Below are positions 36,658-47,300 of a DNA stretch of 64,000 nucleotides, piece by piece (positions within the stretch are counted from its first letter, which is position 1; each line of letters begins with the position of its first letter). The DNA is taken from positions 8,577-72,576 of the IMG/VR virus record IMGVR_UViG_3300024265_000045; one strand, given 5' to 3'. This DNA comes from a virus. The notes under the pieces were generated by a model, which made no database searches, was not told where the DNA came from, and saw nothing but the letters and a program-made list of their open reading frames with translations. The position numbers were made by a program, and so were the translations under genes.

Positions 36658-36919
36658 CGCCTTAAAATAGGTCCGTGAGCCGTTACTACTGTTTACTACT
36701 TTTTAAATACTGTGTTTTTAGGGTCAAGTTTATGATATACTACTATGATACTGCCCAGCCTAGTCAAGGGGTAAAAGCGATACGGCTTACGGTACTAGGT
36801 TATAGCGTCATGCAACCATGTAAATGACGCCATAAAGTGGTCCTGTGCTCCCTATAAAACACAGTATTTAAAAACAGGTAAACACTACTAACGGCTCACG
36901 GACCTAGCTTATGGCGTCA
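36655..36919. repeat. large imperfect inverted repeat (about 70-bp arms)
   Basis: tgacgc..taggtccgtgagccgtta..tgtttac..tttttaaatactgtgtttt mirrored at 36846-36919; inner hairpin near 36800-36836. Confidence 0.85.
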
Positions 36920-37050
36920 CCCAACATTACGCTTATGAAGACCTTTTCCACCACCATTCCCATACAGACGTCCCCATACCCCACCGCTTCGCGGGAGGCA
37001 TTTCCAAATCTCTCAACTACCTTACAATCACCACCTATAGGAGAAACATT

Positions 37051-37263
37051 ATGTCAGATGAACACAGAATATCTTTAGAGGACCTCAGTAGAAAATTGGC
37101 AAGAAAAAAAGGAACCATTGGGCTCGTAGGAAAAATATTGGAGACACAAAACAGTACGATTAAGCTACTTCTAGTTGTGCAGGAAGCAAATGTCGCTTCA
37201 ATTAAAGAATTAGAAGAAAGGATTACGTTTATCGAGAAAACCTCGTTCCCGTACGTGCCGTAA
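37051..37263 (+). CDS. small coiled-coil protein
   Basis: ataggagaaacattATG leader. Confidence 0.65.
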   Translation: MSDEHRISLEDLSRKLARKKGTIGLVGKILETQNSTIKLLLVVQEANVASIKELEERITFIEKTSFPYVP

Positions 37264-37286
37264 GTTCCCACCCATAGGAGAAACAT

Positions 37287-37475
37287 ATGCTAAAAGAATA
37301 TAAAAGAAGGAAGCAGGCACTTCTCGGCGACATTATCAATTTGGAGGATCGGATTAAGGAGAAAAGGACTAATCTGATTGCGCTTGAGGTTTTAATCAAA
37401 CACTATACGAAAAGAAAAACTGCTAAGGAACCTCACACTTGCCGTACCTGTGGAGAACGTTGTGATTATTGTTAG
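37287..37475 (+). CDS. coiled-coil plus zinc-finger miniprotein
   Basis: Same leader; C-terminal CRTCGERCDYC. Confidence 0.65.
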   Translation: MLKEYKRRKQALLGDIINLEDRIKEKRTNLIALEVLIKHYTKRKTAKEPHTCRTCGERCDYC

Positions 37476-37535
37476 CAGAAATATCCTCGACCCTCGCTCT
37501 GCGAGTCTTAAGATCACCATCCATAGGAGAACAAT

Positions 37536-37730
37536 ATGTCTGAACTAGAAAGAAAAATAGAAGAGACGCAAACTAAAATTTCAAGGCTGAATAGAGATAT
37601 ATCTGGGGCTTTGGGGACATTACATAGGCTCATGTGTACAAAGGATACACTTACTCTGAAAATGTATAAGTTGAAGAGTCAAAGAGAGTGGATGCCTGGA
37701 TGTAATAGACCATACCCTACCTCAACCTGA
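37536..37730 (+). CDS. small coiled-coil protein
   Basis: Same leader. Confidence 0.65.
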   Translation: MSELERKIEETQTKISRLNRDISGALGTLHRLMCTKDTLTLKMYKLKSQREWMPGCNRPYPTST

Positions 37731-37800
37731 GCCTTACCCACTCACTCCCTAGCATTTGGAGCCACAAGATCACTACTGTTCGTACCCTATAGGAGATAAA

Positions 37801-37974
37801 ATGAAGATACAATTTATAACTGATGCAGGAACTATTGTTCAAGAGATGGAAGATATACAGGACTGGGAACTGTCCAAAAGTATAGCTCGAGCGTTCTTTA
37901 CATCTGAGGTCGAAGAAGCGATTGCAAAGACGCTCAAAGAAGAGCAGATTGAGAAAGAGCAAGGAATTGTTTGA
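37801..37974 (+). CDS. hypothetical protein
   Basis: Start reassigned to the ATG after ataggag. Confidence 0.6.
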   Translation: MKIQFITDAGTIVQEMEDIQDWELSKSIARAFFTSEVEEAIAKTLKEEQIEKEQGIV

Positions 37975-38005
37975 AATATACTCGTATCCCCAAAAGGAGA
38001 ATATT

Positions 38006-38179
38006 ATGTCAGAACAGCTGATTCAGATTCAATTAGACATACTGGAGAAAGCTATCGAGGAAAAGCAGGAACGATTAGATGAAATAGATGTTGAGATGTG
38101 GGACATGCTCTTGGAAAAGACTAAGATTAAAAGTGATTTGATCACGCTTTGCCGTAAGCACGAAGAAATACGTAAGTAA
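38006..38179 (+). CDS. 57-aa coiled-coil protein, paralog of 38427-38621
   Basis: MSEQLIQIQLDILEKAIEEK...KSDLITLCRKHEEIRK. Confidence 0.7.
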   Translation: MSEQLIQIQLDILEKAIEEKQERLDEIDVEMWDMLLEKTKIKSDLITLCRKHEEIRK

Positions 38180-38363
38180 GGAGTTTCAAATGATAGTACA
38201 TAGACTTTGGATAACAGATGTTAAGGTCAGACAAACCAAGCTCGGTAACAGGAAGAAGACTGAGTGGACTGGTTGGTTCTGTTTGGATTTATTCCTCTGT
38301 TCATTAAGACTATTAGCGTCGAGTACAGGTACTTGTAGTTCGTATCGTTCCAAAATGAGATCC

Positions 38364-38392
38364 TTGCATAATGAATTGATCTATGGTATAAT
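38364..38392 (+). promoter_or_regulatory. sigma70-type promoter (copy 1)
   Basis: TTGCAT-N17-TATAAT with TG extension. Confidence 0.75.
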
Positions 38393-38426
38393 AGTAGTGG
38401 AAAAATAAAAAGTAAAGGAGAGTAAT

Positions 38427-38621
38427 ATGTCCGAACAAGATATACAAGTTCTGTTAGATGTACTTGAGAAAGCTATTGAAGACAAGCGGAAGCGTCTTTT
38501 ACGAGTAAATCAACGTCTTTTCCAAATAGATCAAGAAGTGTTCGATCTACTGATTGAACAGACGACGTTGAAGAGCGATCTGACAACGCTCCGTCGCAAG
38601 CACGAGGAATTACGTAGATAA
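38427..38621 (+). CDS. 64-aa coiled-coil protein
   Basis: MSEQDIQVLLDVLEKAIEDK...KSDLTTLRRKHEELRR. Confidence 0.7.
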   Translation: MSEQDIQVLLDVLEKAIEDKRKRLLRVNQRLFQIDQEVFDLLIEQTTLKSDLTTLRRKHEELRR

Positions 38622-38631
38622 GGAGAGTAAT

Positions 38632-38883
38632 ATGTCATTGGCAAAGCAATTAGAGCTAACCACTAACAGACGACGTCAGCAAGAATTACGTAAAGAAATA
38701 CAGATGCTTGAGCTGATAATTAAGAAGTTATGTTATCAGTCTAATGCTGCTAACTGCGAGCTTGATGTTGTGATCGAGTTGAATCTTAAAATTCAAGCTC
38801 AGAGAAAGCTGATAAGTCGAAAAGACAAAATGATACGGAGGTTAGTTAGTCGAGAAGGAATTCTTCTGAGGATGAAGGTATGA
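38632..38883 (+). CDS. coiled-coil hypothetical protein
   Basis: AAGGAG RBS. Confidence 0.6.
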   Translation: MSLAKQLELTTNRRRQQELRKEIQMLELIIKKLCYQSNAANCELDVVIELNLKIQAQRKLISRKDKMIRRLVSREGILLRMKV

Positions 38884-39167
38884 GGATTCATTTAGAAAAA
38901 TCTGACTATGCAAAAAGTGTAGCAGAGATAGAAATGGAGATTATTTTAATTCTAAATCGAAATAACGTAATTTGTCCTCGCTGCCATACCTTTGATCATG
39001 GGGGTTGGTCAATTATTATTAGGGATGAACTATTAGCTTCGGAGGATATCCTTCAAAGTAAAGGATATTGGTTAGTTTGGTGTAGATGCTTCCATGTATT
39101 TAGATATAGTCCACAAGCAAATCTTACTTTAAGAATATCCGGAGGAAAGATATGTACAAATCTGTGA
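38880..39167 (+). CDS. zinc-ribbon hypothetical protein
   Basis: CPRC...CRCFH; ATGA coupling. Confidence 0.55.
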   Translation: MRIHLEKSDYAKSVAEIEMEIILILNRNNVICPRCHTFDHGGWSIIIRDELLASEDILQSKGYWLVWCRCFHVFRYSPQANLTLRISGGKICTNL

Positions 39168-39172
39168 AGCAC

Positions 39173-39201
39173 TTGCATAATGACTTGATCTATGGTATAA
39201 T
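39173..39201 (+). promoter_or_regulatory. sigma70-type promoter (copy 2)
   Basis: Near-identical to 38364-38392. Confidence 0.75.
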
Positions 39202-39234
39202 AGTATTAGAAGAATAAAAGCAAAGGAGAACAAT

Positions 39235-42200
39235 ATGGAGAACAAAATAATTTTGGAACCAGTTGAATGCACGAATGGTTTATACTCCGTTCAGGTTGTG
39301 GAGTATCGAGACCAGTACAGGGAGAGACCGTATAATGTTCAGTGTTTATCTTCTTCGAATAATAAGATAGTATCATATAGTTGGGAGCTGTCTTTGCAGG
39401 ACGCGGTTGAGAAGTTCAACAAACTCGTTCATAGACCAGCTACACCGCAATCAATAGTTATGCTTGCCGTTCGGGATGAAAATGCAGTTTGAAATTTGGG
39501 ACGAGTCAGAAGAATTTACTCGAGAGATATGGAACAAACTAATAGATAGGGTAAGAAAAAAGGAGAAACAAATGTCAGATATAAAATATGTAAAGGATTT
39601 CCCAATTAAGCTGGAATCAAAGAATCAAGCAATTTACTATGATACGGTAAAATTACTCAAAGTTTGTATCCGTCACACAGCCCATATGTTCCCTGATAGT
39701 TATGTAGCTCATTTTAACTCTCTGGAAAAGTTGGAAGATAATGTTGCTGACAATCTTAACGGTTCGGGATATGAACTGCATGGAGAGCTAACTTTGTATA
39801 GACAATGCACAAAATGTGAGGAATGGAATTTGATTGAGTGGCTCTATTGGTTTGCTTCTGGGGAACTTTGTAACGATTGTGTTGATGCCTGATTCCGCCC
39901 TTACCCAACTCGAGCATGACCTTGCCCAATGTCTCCAATCTATCAAAGAGACTCAGCTTCTAATAACTTATGGTCGCAGCTTGCAGACATATTCGGGTTT
40001 GAAGACTCGACTGCAAGATCTACACAAAGTCAGAGTTGCCATTTTGGATAGATTAAATAAGGAGAAACATGTATAATATGAAGATTCCGCTTATGGAAGA
40101 TACGCATAGAGAGCAATCGGACAGACTTATTACGGAGAAACTTACTGAAATAGTTTTTGATTTGACTAAGAAATATACGGAAGTCCTTCGAAAGTATCGT
40201 ATTGCAGGATTCAAGTGTAGTTGTTCCAAAGAAGAGTGGGCTGAAGTACTGAACGACAAAATTGTTCTTGAAGATGCTATAATATATTTCAAAGCTACTC
40301 TACGATATATGCAAAGATCAGTAAACAGGATTGACCCAGCTGAAGGAGACTAAATAGTATGACTCCAACAAAGAATGTTTTTGAGCTGGGAGAACCTCAC
40401 GGAAAAGCTCAATTAAAAGCGATAAAGGATTCAGTTGAGTTCTTATATGAACTTATGGATGATTGCGCTAAAAATATCGACTATTTGGTAGCGAAACTTG
40501 CAGATAATTCAATGATAGTTCCAGAACGAGTAATATTACTCAAATTTCTGCTTAATAGACGGTTGATGCAAGAAGCTTTAGTGGACGGAGCAAAGCAGTC
40601 TTTAAAAGTATATCGAAGAATGCTAAAAAGAAATGAACTATTGAAACGTTCGGAGGAAGAATAGTATGTATGATAAAATGAAACAAAGAGATGAACTTAT
40701 AGACCTTCTAGATCAAACTATTAGGAATATAGGCATTCAGAAATTCCTTTTGAGTATATGCTCAAAGGACGATTGCTCAAATTGTTCAAGTGGTGAAGAA
40801 AAAAACCTGGAAGACTTTCTGGAAGACTACCTAGAATTAGCTCAAAGATTGACAAATGAGATAGAAGAAATTGATAAACTAGTTAAGTGTAACTGATGTA
40901 TGGGATTACTAATTCTCAAAAGTTAGCTTTGATTCAGCGTATTAAAGTTCGCATACGAATGCTTATAGATTTAGATGGAGAGCATTTGAATTCGTGTTTT
41001 ACAAGTGATGATAATGGCAGAAATATAAATCTTTGGCTTGAAGCTAAAGATATAGACTTAAGGAAAGGAGATATTGTAACTCTAGCAGGTATTGGCTTCT
41101 ATGGAGAATACGAAGTTCTAAGTAAAGACTTAGGTGACGGAATTAATTTGAAATTACGTAAGATCATTTTATAAAAGATAAAGGAGAAAATTGATGTCTA
41201 TAGTGAATTTTTATACAGCAACGGAAGTAAAGCCTGACACCGTATTTGTCTCAACTATAACTTGCCACATAAACCACGTAGATTATGAAACCAGTACGGT
41301 CTGGATACGTTTGTATCGCTGCCCTTATCCCAATCCACAAATAAGTAGTGATGGAGTACCTCAAGGTGACCATTGCGGAAATGATGTTGAAGTTGCCAAA
41401 ACACTCTATCCTATTCTACGTAATTTTGAAAATATCAAGGTTATGTAAAGGAGAACAAAATGAACGATAAGAATTTATGGCTTGATGATCCAGGAGTTTT
41501 GGCGAAGAAATATCTTAAGACATGTATCCCTAAACTCCAAGAGCAAATGGTAGTTTTAGAAACTATACAGAATGAAATAAAAGCTAATTATGCGGAAGAG
41601 ATTGGATATTTAAGGTGGACTATCGGACTTAATCATACTCTACTAGAATGTCTAATAAATATCCTAAGAGTAAAAATCTCTAACCCTACCGTTGCTGAGC
41701 TACGAGAGCATCTAATGGATCTACACACTCAACTAAATCTCTCGGACACAGTTTATGATACACGAATACGGATTCGAGCACATATTGCAAGACATGTTAG
41801 GGACTTGAACAAGCTAACAGAGTTGGATCACGAAGGAACGGAAGTAGAACCAGGTCTTTTGGACAGTCTGGTCGAGGAAGGTATTTTAGAAGAAGGTTGG
41901 GACGAAGAACCTGATTTCTTGGATGGTACATAATGACTGACTGGACTCGAGCTGACTGGAAAAGAGTAGCACAAATACGATTGTCGAGAATTTCAGAGCT
42001 TGAAAAAGAAAAGTCTGAGCTACTCGAGAAATTAGATGAGGCGGAGGCAAGGATCAGGATAGAACTTGAACCTAGAATAGAAAGAGAAGAGAAAATGTAC
42101 GACATTGATGCTCTAGAAGGTTTTGGGGATCCTTGTTTCAAACATGGAATGGCTGGAAATTGCGGACCAGACTGTGAAGCTTACGGAGATAAAGAGGAGT

Positions 42201-42428
42201 GTAAAAATGGAGAAGAATAATGAAGGTTTACATGATATTTGTAAGAAGTGTGGTTTCTACGAAACTTGTGAAGCAGAAGGATGTTTCATTATTGATCATA
42301 TAAACAGCCTGGAGCAAAAGGTTGAGTGGTTGAAGAGTGAACTGGAAAGTTACAAACTTCAAAATAACATGCTACAAAGTCTTGTTCGAGCAACCTCTTC
42401 TGATCTGACCGAAAAACAGGAAAAATAA
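39235..42428 (+). other. run of about 11 small co-oriented hypothetical genes
   Basis: ORFs at 39235, 39464, 39834, 40069, 40359, 40666, 40896, 41191, 41460, 41933 and 42207, mostly with AAGGAG RBS or stop/start coupling; no recognisable family. Confidence 0.6.
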
Positions 42429-42440
42429 TTCGTCCAGCCT

Positions 42441-42484
42441 TTTACACAAACTTTACGTACATATGACCTTGTATATGGTAGAAT
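42441..42484 (+). promoter_or_regulatory. TTTAC-box promoter
   Basis: TTTACA-caaac-TTTACG-N21-(TGg)TAGAAT. Confidence 0.8.
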
Positions 42485-42524
42485 AAATTAAGTGGAAAAA
42501 TTCCACTGGAAGGAATTATCCGAA

Positions 42525-44234
42525 ATGGAAACAGAACATATTACAGTCACGGCAAGTCCAGAATTATTAAAACTGATGAGCCGTACCCTGTACTCAATGG
42601 ATCACCCAACAATTTGGGTGCGAGAAATTGGGCTGCAGAATGCCGTAGATGCGGCGAAAGCTGCTGGCAGAGAGCCAAAGATCAGGATAAAAATAGAGCG
42701 TGTAGAAGATACATTGTTTATGGAGGTTCAGGATAATGGTTGCGGGATGGATATCCCAACTCTTCGCGACGCTTATTTCTGTCTAGGGGCTACAGCTAAA
42801 GGAGAGCTTGACGACTCCGGGGGTTTTGGAGTCGCTGCTGCCGTTGAGCTATCTGGTAATGATTGGAGTGTACGAACAAATGATCTATACTACACTCGAG
42901 CTATGATGGAGAAAGGCAAGCCTGTTGAGCAAGTTGAGCTCCAGAAAGGAACGACAGTAACTTGTGTTACAGACTCATTTGACAAATGGAGCTGGGAAGA
43001 TCAAATTATCAGATTGATATATTCCAGTGAAGTAGATATCCATCTTATTCTTATTGGTGGGGATGGAACGATATTACTGGATGATCCACATGCAGGAACG
43101 GGAAGATTTCCTAAGCTATCCCGTACCCCCCTGCTCGCTACTGAGAATGGTAAGGATGAGAATGGTAATCTTTGGGAAGCTTCTGGTTCACAGAAGATGA
43201 CAGCTCCTTTGAGCAATAGTCTTACTGGATATGCTTTCTTTCGTCTTAATGGTCTTACTCAATTCTGGAAATATTCCAGTGTTAGAACTACGGTACTTTG
43301 GTTTGATATAACAGCTAAGAATCGTCCAGGAGAGGATTATCCTTTTACCATGCCTCGAGAATCGTTGCAAGGCTCAATGAAAGATTTCCTCACCAAAGTT
43401 CTTGAACGACATACAATTGATCACAAAACAAGTGAACGACATATTGTGAGTCCTCATAAACCTTCAAAAGAAGTTCGAGCAGGAGCGTTTCTTCGCTCAA
43501 AGCGACACCATGAGGGAAGATTATATAATAATGATCCAGACCTTCAAAACTTTGGTATTGAGTTAGATAAAGATGAAATAATTGAGCAAGTTAAGGAGAT
43601 GATGGAGCAATTCCCCAAGCACAATCAAGATAAAGCCTCAGAGGTTATTCACAGAAAGATCATTGATAATCCTGAAACCGAAGAGCCTGAAAATATTCCT
43701 GATGCTCCCCCTACCACACTCGATGGTCTAGCCCAGGTTCTCGTGCATGCTCCTGCAAAACAAGTTGAAACTATTCGTGACGAACTTGTTGATGCTCTAA
43801 CAGAATATATGATTTTCTTAGACTGTTACGACACGGACAATCAAGCAGAGCTGGCTTTCGATGCAGAAGTACTCGATCTGTGGAAAGAGCTCATGTGGAT
43901 TACGGCAGAGCCAGAGGAAATCTTTGGTGTTGGTCTCGTGCATAAGTACGGGGTTACAGCCACCAGAGGTTACGAAATGAATACTCCGGTTTATCAGCTC
44001 AATCCTGAAGTATTTCGGAGAATAATGCCTGGAACGGCAATGGGAGTAATCCTGACCATGTGGTCAATGGCTTGCCACGAAGCTGCACATTTTCGAAGCA
44101 GTACTCATGATGAAGCTTTCTCGGATGCAGAGTTCATAGCTAACTGTGAATCTGCCCATCTGTTAGAGTTGAATTGGAAATTATTGATACAAATTGCAAA
44201 AAAGATTGTACGTTTAGAAAAGAAAATTGTATAG
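42525..44234 (+). CDS. GHKL (Hsp90/MORC-like) ATPase with C-terminal HExxH metallopeptidase-like motif
   Basis: REIGLQNAVDA, VQDNGCGMD, GGFGVA, KGTTVT; C-terminal CHEAAHFRSSTHDEAF. Start moved to the ATG after GGAAGGA. Confidence 0.8.
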   Translation: METEHITVTASPELLKLMSRTLYSMDHPTIWVREIGLQNAVDAAKAAGREPKIRIKIERVEDTLFMEVQDNGCGMDIPTLRDAYFCLGATAKGELDDSGGFGVAAAVELSGNDWSVRTNDLYYTRAMMEKGKPVEQVELQKGTTVTCVTDSFDKWSWEDQIIRLIYSSEVDIHLILIGGDGTILLDDPHAGTGRFPKLSRTPLLATENGKDENGNLWEASGSQKMTAPLSNSLTGYAFFRLNGLTQFWKYSSVRTTVLWFDITAKNRPGEDYPFTMPRESLQGSMKDFLTKVLERHTIDHKTSERHIVSPHKPSKEVRAGAFLRSKRHHEGRLYNNDPDLQNFGIELDKDEIIEQVKEMMEQFPKHNQDKASEVIHRKIIDNPETEEPENIPDAPPTTLDGLAQVLVHAPAKQVETIRDELVDALTEYMIFLDCYDTDNQAELAFDAEVLDLWKELMWITAEPEEIFGVGLVHKYGVTATRGYEMNTPVYQLNPEVFRRIMPGTAMGVILTMWSMACHEAAHFRSSTHDEAFSDAEFIANCESAHLLELNWKLLIQIAKKIVRLEKKIV

Positions 44235-44398
44235 GAAAATAATTGGAGAGGTAATGAAAATCATAAATAGATTATTATGTAGATTTGGGATACACTCGTA
44301 TACAAAATGGGATAACTGTTTCATTACAATGCAAGTACGATTCTGTATTCGATGTAATATTCGTAGAATTCGGTCAGTTAGTTTTAGAGGAGAACAAA

Positions 44399-47300
44399 AT
44401 GAGTAGCATAGATCTAGAAGAAGCAATTAAAGATATTGAAGCTGGGGATCAAGTAATACGAGAGCATGAGGAAAGTCCTGGGGATTACTATCAACGCTCT
44501 ATAGCTTGTTCCCTCGCCGTCATCGCCGAGGAGTTGAGGATTATGAATCAGAACTCCGCCAGTACCCTTGTCGAACCTGAGCCTACTACTCACATTGCGT
44601 CCATAATGGACGACGCTGATGAAGTAGCTAAGGATTTATTGGATGAGAGCTACGCAGATTTGACTCCTGAGGGACAACGTAGAGTACGAGAAAGAATGTA
44701 TGAGCTAGGATACGGAACTCGGAATATACCTCCTGTATTCGGTTTAGGAGAATAATCATGAGAATAGTTGAGGCAATAAAAGCTCAAATAAAAGCTCAAA
44801 TGGCTTGCTCAAAAGCAAAACGAATGGTCAGATTGAGCGAGCGAAAAGTGAAGGAGCTTCGAAAGCTACGAAGAAAAGTAGAAAGACCTGGACAGGGTTG
44901 GGGACCTTGGTCTCGGGAAATAAAAGCTGCAGAGTGGACTAAAATGTATTTTGAACGAGAATACATACAAGCTCAGAAAGAACTTAAAGAGAGGATATAT
45001 GGGAAAAATAGCTGATTTACGTTGTGATTTATTTGAATTGACCAGAAGAGTATCTTGTTTGGAGGATGAAGTAGAAAATTTATCTACAGGGAGTATCTCC
45101 GGTTTAAAATCAGCAATATCCGAATTGCAAAGTGCAAATGCAGACCTAGAAAGAAACTTGGAGTCAGTGACGAAAGAATTGGAGAAAGCAAAAGAAACTG
45201 TCTTATTCTCTCAAACATCTTTTGCTAAATTATTTCAAGCTGTTCTTGAAGATTTTCCTGACTGGAGTAAAAAATGGAGATTCGCTCCAGTAATAGAAAA
45301 AGATAGGCAAGAAGAACATACAGTCATATGTAGTTTATGTACTATGCAGTCAGAGATAAATTTTTCACATAAAATTGAGTCATATACATGGGAGACTGGT
45401 AAAGATCCTACGGCAAGAGAAGAGGGATGGACAGTGAGTCGTTTTTACAGGGATGCTTTTCCTGCTAAATGTCATATATGGGTATGTCCGAAGTGTACGG
45501 CGGTAGAAGCAAGTAGGCAGTAAATTATAAAGATAATAGTTGTAACCAGAAGGAGTTTGGAATGAGAACTAAAAAGAGATATGTGTGTGAAATTTGCGGT
45601 TACGAGTCTAGCGATGATGCTAGAGTTTTGGAATGTGAGGAAGCTCATATCCTACCCGTTAAGATTTTGGAAACTGAAGGCTATCAAGAAGGTATTCGTC
45701 ATGGTGATACACCTCCAGCTCAAGTGGTTGTGAAATTTTCAAATGAGTCAAAATATTACTATGCTCTAACTGATCGCAAATATGCTAGAACGGAAGAGCT
45801 GGATATGTTTCCGGACGATAAAGGGATAGATTAAAATGAAAGATAGACCCACCAAGGAAAATATCGAAAAAGAAATAGCTCAGAAGAAAAGTAAATTTTT
45901 AAAAGTAAGAGCCAAACGTGAGATAATGGATATAGAGCTGGCTAAAATGCTCGAACTGGAGCATTCTTTGGTAGACGATTTACAAGAGTTAGCTCTTGAA
46001 CTAGATAAATTGAACTATCCATTTAGCAAATCTGTATTGTATAGACAAGCTAGACGATCTCTTGAACGCTGTGGTTCATTTGTAATTACAGAAAGAGTTA
46101 TTAGAGAGATTTTTAGTGAACTCACAGTTCACAATGATTTTATAGCTCGAGTAATAGAAAGTCTAACTATTGCTTCATATAAGGTATATGTACGATATGA
46201 TAAAAATGCTAGAGAATTTGTAATGGAAATGGAGGAGAAAAAATGAAGGGAATAAAGAAAGCATTGAAAATGGCAGTAGATGTTGAAATAAATACTATTT
46301 TCACTTCAAAAGAGTCCAAGCAAATTTTGGATTATATTCTTCAACAAGAGAAAACTTCAGAGCTTCTGGAACAACATGCTCAGATTACAAAGCTCCTAGA
46401 TAACTCTAACTGTAAATTGGAACTTAAGGTTCATACAAAGTGTAAGACCACACCTTTCACACTTATTCCTGGAGGAGCATGGCAGAATTTGATTCACGTG
46501 GTCAGAGACGCTATGAACTATATCTTTGAGCAACTCGGAGAGCATGAAGATAATTGCGAATGCGATGAATGTACCCTGTACGATCGTGTAGATTTCATTT
46601 ACCATATGGTAGTAGATCGTTCTGACGAGCTTTGTGATGGCAGATAGAGACGATCTAAGCGATAGACAGCTTGTAGTTGATCTTGAGGGTTTGAAGGAGA
46701 AGACTGAATTTGGTATTGAAGCATGTAGTCTTCACATACGTCTTGGTTTTACACTGCTGTCGAGATTATCCATGGAGCTTCCTTGGATGTATCACGAATG
46801 GAAAGAATGGATGGAATCTTGTGAAGAAAAGAAACGATTGGAAGCTTTGCTTGAAATTATTGAAGATTTGATTAGGAGATTAAATATGGATAGAAAAAGA
46901 CCAATGAAGAAGCAGCAATGTGAAAATGGAAAATGTCAGAATGTGTTCAGACATGAATTTATCCAAATCGGTATGGATTTATTCTGTATCAATTGTTCTG
47001 AACGATATATACTAAAATTGCATAAAAAAATTAAAGGTCTTACAGAGCAGATACGTAGATTGAATGCTCTTCGAGAGGAATTTCCACCTCCGACTTCTAT
47101 GCAAGGAAATAATAATGGATGAAAAAGAATTTAAGTTTCGTGCAGAATCAGAGCAAATGGAGTCTGTAGTGGCTGTAGTAGCTGATATTGTATCTGCATA
47201 TTATATGGCTTTACGAATGAATAAAGTATCTGAAGAACTTTCACAGAAACTTGTCATTGATTATGCACATATAATGTGGGTCAATGCTATGGGTACTCCT

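Noticed and set aside
36655-36919. MITE or IS remnant
   Set aside because: No evident target-site duplication, single copy, no transposase in the window; not fully excluded
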